Below are positions 60,373 through 64,000 of a DNA stretch of 64,000 nt, one piece after another. The stretch is from Candidatus Obscuribacteraceae bacterium (GTDB lineage Bacteria; Cyanobacteriota; Vampirovibrionia; Obscuribacterales; Obscuribacteraceae): assembly GCA_044226015.1 (NCBI GenBank), contig JBGAHS010000010.1, positions 320,001 to 384,000 on the forward strand, in the 5' to 3' direction. The first letter of the stretch is position 1. Every line of letters begins with the position of its first letter. A program made the position numbers and the translations under genes. Below the pieces are notes generated by a model, which did not search any database, had not been told where the DNA came from, and worked only from the letters and a program-made list of their open reading frames with translations.

Positions 60373-61779
60373 ATGTCGCGAAGATCAAATGTATCGATAC
60401 TACTGATAGTGCTATTCCTATTCCAGTTGGCAGCAGCGTCATTCGCTGCTGCGCCCAAGGCCCAAGGTACTGATGATTTCCTTGACACCATTGAGAAGGC
60501 TCACTTCAAGTATTTTATTGAGAACAGCGAAGAAAACGGGCTTACGATGGACAGCTCAAGGAAGGACACCGCATCTAGTATCGCTGCTGTAGGCTTTTCT
60601 CTGACTTCATATGTGGTGGCATCTGAGCGCGGTTACATTCTCCAACAAGATGCGCGCAACTACTGTCTGAAAACTTTAAAGACGCTCTGGAATCTGCCTC
60701 AGGGACCTGGCACCTCCGGAGTTTCTGGGTACAAAGGTTTCTTCTACCACTTTCTTGACCGCAAAACCGGATTGCGCACTTGGAACTGTGAGCTTTCGAC
60801 GATTGATACAGCATTATTGATGGCGGGTGTTTTGACTGCGGGACAATATTTCACTGGCAAAGATGCAGAAGAAACGCAAATTCGTGACTATGCAAAAAAG
60901 CTTTTTGATCGCGTGGAGTGGGATTGGATGTATCGCCCAAGCGGTTACATCAGCATGGGGTGGAACCCTGAGCCAGGCAAAGGGTTTCTTTCTGCGGAAT
61001 GGTCTATGTTTTGCGAGGGACCTATTCTAATTTTGCTTGCGGCAGGCTCCACTACACATCCGGTTCCCGCAGAGGCCTGGTCTAATTATTGCAAGAACTA
61101 CAAAACTGATACCGCCTATGGAAGAGATCTTGGAGAAGGCAAAAAGCAAGAGAGAATCTCATTTGCTCCTACCTATGGATTTCAGTATCCAGCCTGTTGG
61201 ATAGATTTTCGTGGACTAGAGGACCCCGCTAGCAAAAAGTTTGGTTTCGATTATTTTGAGAACGCAAAGCGCATTCTACTTGCTCAATATGAATATGCTC
61301 TGGCAAATCCGATGGGCTGGCGCCAGTATGGCAAAGATTGCTGGGGGCTCACAGCCTGTGATGGACCTGGAGACAGTAAGAAGGAATACAACGGCAAGAA
61401 GGCAGAGTTTCGCGGCTATTCTGCTCGTGGTTGTCCGAATGACTTCGATGATGGCACGATTGCACCAACTGCAATCGGCGCGTCAATTCCATATGCACCA
61501 GATTTGGTGATTGATACTTTGAAAACATGGAAAGAGAAAAGACCGGAAATATGGGGTGACTGCGGGTTTCATGATGCCTTCAATCCATCATTTGATGAGA
61601 CGCAACCATCTGGATGGGTCGACCCTGCTTATCTGGGAATCGACCAGGGTCCAATCGTAGTCATGACTGAAAATTTCCGGACTCAATTTATTTGGGACCT
61701 CATGAAGCACAATAGTGTGATTCGTCGAGGATTGGTTCGCAGCGGTTTTTCCGGTGGCTGGTTGGCGGCAAAAGAATAA
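60373..61779 (+). CDS. Secreted glucoamylase-family / GH144-like beta-1,2-glucanase
   Basis: SIAAVGF, GFFYHF, ELSTIDTALL, WGLTACDGP, DDGTIAPTA, GIDQGPI. Confidence 0.85.
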   Translation: MSRRSNVSILLIVLFLFQLAAASFAAAPKAQGTDDFLDTIEKAHFKYFIENSEENGLTMDSSRKDTASSIAAVGFSLTSYVVASERGYILQQDARNYCLKTLKTLWNLPQGPGTSGVSGYKGFFYHFLDRKTGLRTWNCELSTIDTALLMAGVLTAGQYFTGKDAEETQIRDYAKKLFDRVEWDWMYRPSGYISMGWNPEPGKGFLSAEWSMFCEGPILILLAAGSTTHPVPAEAWSNYCKNYKTDTAYGRDLGEGKKQERISFAPTYGFQYPACWIDFRGLEDPASKKFGFDYFENAKRILLAQYEYALANPMGWRQYGKDCWGLTACDGPGDSKKEYNGKKAEFRGYSARGCPNDFDDGTIAPTAIGASIPYAPDLVIDTLKTWKEKRPEIWGDCGFHDAFNPSFDETQPSGWVDPAYLGIDQGPIVVMTENFRTQFIWDLMKHNSVIRRGLVRSGFSGGWLAAKE

Positions 61780-62074
61780 TCCGATACATATACATTTCGA
61801 AATTCCTAAGGCTTTCTAATCGAGATTGCGCTTAATCTTCAATAACTATAGATCTACCGAAGGCATCATGTCCTGCCTCTAAACACTCTGCCTGCTTGGC
61901 TTCTTGTCGGTGTGCTGCTTTTTTCACATGCAGATGTACTTGTGCTGTACATTGTATTAGTTGTGGAGAAGACATTGTAGAATCTTTCGCTGTCTTGATT
62001 GTGTGATGACATTTTTCGCATTCGAGATATTGGTGTGAGGGAAACCCACACAGATCCCGCAGGAGATTCTAAGA

Positions 62075-62584
62075 ATGGAAATACGCAGAGCCGAACCGCA
62101 AGACATTGAAGCCGTGCTTCCATTGTTTGTCGCCTACAGAGAATTTTACAAGCGAGAAACCGACCTTTCAAAAGCAAAAAGCTTTCTCAGCGATAACCTT
62201 GAACTTGGCAAATCAGTTATTTTTATCGCCTACGATGAATTTGCCAGAGCCGTAGGCTTTGCCCAGCTGTATTTGCAGGTTTCGTCGCTCTCAATGTCGA
62301 CCTACATTTATCTGTCTGATCTCTTTGTTGACTCACAATTGAGATCGAAAGGGTTTGGCAATGAGTTGCTTAACGCAGTTAACGCGTATGGTACCGCAAT
62401 TGGTGCCAAGACCATTCAGCTTGAAACTGCAGAATCAAATGTGCAGGCTCAAAAATTGTACGAATCTTGTGGATATAAGTGGGACAAAGAGTTCAGAACA
62501 TACGTTCTCGACAAGGCTGTTGCGCCTGCGACTGTGGTCAAAACAAGCCAGACCATGGTTGTTGAAAGCGGCTTTAAATCCTGA
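62075..62584 (+). CDS. GNAT family acetyltransferase
   Basis: LFVAYREFY, GFAQLY, DLFV...RSKGFG, N..AQKLYESCGY; AGGAG SD. Confidence 0.9.
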   Translation: MEIRRAEPQDIEAVLPLFVAYREFYKRETDLSKAKSFLSDNLELGKSVIFIAYDEFARAVGFAQLYLQVSSLSMSTYIYLSDLFVDSQLRSKGFGNELLNAVNAYGTAIGAKTIQLETAESNVQAQKLYESCGYKWDKEFRTYVLDKAVAPATVVKTSQTMVVESGFKS

Positions 62585-62852
62585 GTCGCCAAGATCCTGC
62601 TAATTTTCTTCGTTAACACGTCGTCTGTTTAGAGTTCAAGCTTGAGCATTATGCAGATGAAGTTCTCTTTACAACGACGCTGAGCTGTCACCTTAAGTGC
62701 TATTGCTAAAACAAATATCAGGTGCATAATGACTAAAATAATGAACAAGTTTTCCTGTGTTTCACTTAAGAAAGGTCAGAAAGCGGGAGCGAACGGCAGA
62801 TAATTTGTCTTACAGAAGATTGGCAAAAATTCACACATGAACTGGAAACACC

Positions 62853-62880
62853 TTGGCATGCTTGAAAGTCGTGTTAGAAT
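62853..62880 (+). promoter_or_regulatory. Putative sigma70 promoter of bamA
   Basis: TTGGCA-N16-TAGAAT with an extended -10 TG. Confidence 0.45.
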
Positions 62881-62910
62881 ATAGCCTCAAAATCCCGAGA
62901 AAGATTCACT

Positions 62911-64000
62911 ATGGGAATATTTCCGAAGTCCGCCAACAAAATAAGAAAAGCGAGTTCACTGCTTCTTGTATCACTTTTGGCGCAGGGGATCGCTCAATGG
63001 CATTGTGCAGCATTCGCTGACGAGCCTGTATTCAAAGTTCCGAGTCTATCAGGTGAGGCTTCGGCTACATCAGTAACCAGCGAGAGTGCCACCGCATCTG
63101 GTGATGGTGCTGGCGCTGGCGATTCTGCAGCTGTTCCTGATGTCGGCGGCAAAGATTTAACCGTTGAAGATGTGACCATTGAAGGAAATCGTCTCGTTCC
63201 TACAGAGCACATTTTGAATGTAGTCAAAACTCGCAAGGGTGATAAGTTTGATCGCAACCAAATCGTGCAAGATTTGAAAGCGGTTAATGGAATGGGTTAC
63301 TTCGATGATAGAAGCTTGCAGGCTGTGCCTGAGCTGTCTGGTAGCCGTGTACTTCTGAAAATTCGTGTGCAAGAAAATGCACCCGTAACTGAATTCGCAT
63401 TTCAGGGCAATTCTGTCATGTCCAATGAAGAATTGGCAAAGCTGTTTACTGATCAAATTGGTAAACCGCAAAACCTGACCCAGTTATCTTCGGCTATCGA
63501 CAAGGTCGAGCAGTCTTATCACGAAAAGGGATTTACTCTCGCTCGAGTTACTGACGTAAAGGATGACCCAGATGGGAGCATACATCTTCAAATCGATGAA
63601 GGTGTAATCAACAGTATTCAGATATCTGGAAACAAGAAGACCAAAGATTTTATCGTTCGAAACAACATAAAGCTCAAGCCTGGCTCCGTTTACAACGAAA
63701 AGCAGTTAACTGCTGACCTGCGCAAGCTTTATGACGATGGATATTTCCAGGACATTCGGCGAAGTTTGAGTCCTTCAAACAGCGACCCTGATAAGTATGA
63801 TTTGAAGGTAGAGCTAGACGAAAAGCGCACCGCATCTATCGGACTTGGTGGCGGTGTGGATGCGATTGCAGGTCCTTTCGGAAACTTTAGCGCATCTGAT
63901 TCCAACTTTAGAGGAAGAGGACAGCTTCTATCTTTCAACAGCCAGGTGGGTTCTGGTTTGATGAATAGTTTCACTAACAATTTCAATAATGGTGGCAGCA
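62911..64000 (+). CDS. bamA: BamA/Omp85 family outer-membrane protein (POTRA domains), truncated by window end; absent from the ORF track
   Basis: Read by eye from ATG 62911: MGIFPKSANK..., signal peptide, VEDVTIEGNRLVP...DLKAVNGMGYF, ISGNKKTKDFIV, SNFRGRGQ. Confidence 0.88.
   Translation, partial: MGIFPKSANKIRKASSLLLVSLLAQGIAQWHCAAFADEPVFKVPSLSGEASATSVTSESATASGDGAGAGDSAAVPDVGGKDLTVEDVTIEGNRLVPTEHILNVVKTRKGDKFDRNQIVQDLKAVNGMGYFDDRSLQAVPELSGSRVLLKIRVQENAPVTEFAFQGNSVMSNEELAKLFTDQIGKPQNLTQLSSAIDKVEQSYHEKGFTLARVTDVKDDPDGSIHLQIDEGVINSIQISGNKKTKDFIVRNNIKLKPGSVYNEKQLTADLRKLYDDGYFQDIRRSLSPSNSDPDKYDLKVELDEKRTASIGLGGGVDAIAGPFGNFSASDSNFRGRGQLLSFNSQVGSGLMNSFTNNFNNGGS

Noticed and set aside
61780..62074. 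Riboswitch before the GNAT gene (GTGTG-AGG-GAAA-CC-CACAC hairpin)
   Set aside because: A single GNRA hairpin only; no guanidine-class consensus recognised.

Overview
Gene-dense chromosomal window of mostly housekeeping genes. I saw no prophage, transposase, integrase, CRISPR array, rRNA or tRNA. Gene content and order (amiC-murI, TIGR03960 radical SAM-rne, cyanobacterial-like FtsZ/UvrA/Fur, many TPR proteins and secreted hypotheticals, no photosynthesis genes) suggest a non-photosynthetic Cyanobacteria relative (Vampirovibrionia/Melainabacteria, Obscuribacterales-like); this is inference only. Genes run from the 3' end of frr through glmS, an orphan secretin, hemW, a Ser/Thr kinase, a YfhO protein, UDG, murI, amiC, hppA, ftsZ, uvrA, fur-feoA, rne, a radical SAM enzyme, PHP/ymdB, a 1580-aa S55 peptidase operon, GH30, tmk, ALDH and GH144 to a partial bamA. 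The most notable signals are outside the ORF track. (1) A ~235-nt structured intergenic element (54724-54958) with four hairpins, each showing a C7-C8 loop, ending in a U11 terminator: a candidate novel ncRNA. (2) A compact 6S-like RNA (~35786-35934, minus strand) inside an RNA-metabolism neighbourhood. (3) A GGATCC-rich mosaic repeat between a GNAT gene and ftsZ. (4) Dispersed REP-like elements. Protein-level oddities include an SxtJ-SxtK(DUF5989)-like fusion, a fur-feoA-Cys-rich operon without feoB, and clamp-binding-like motifs in RNase E and UDG. All family calls come from motif recognition by eye; no searches were run.
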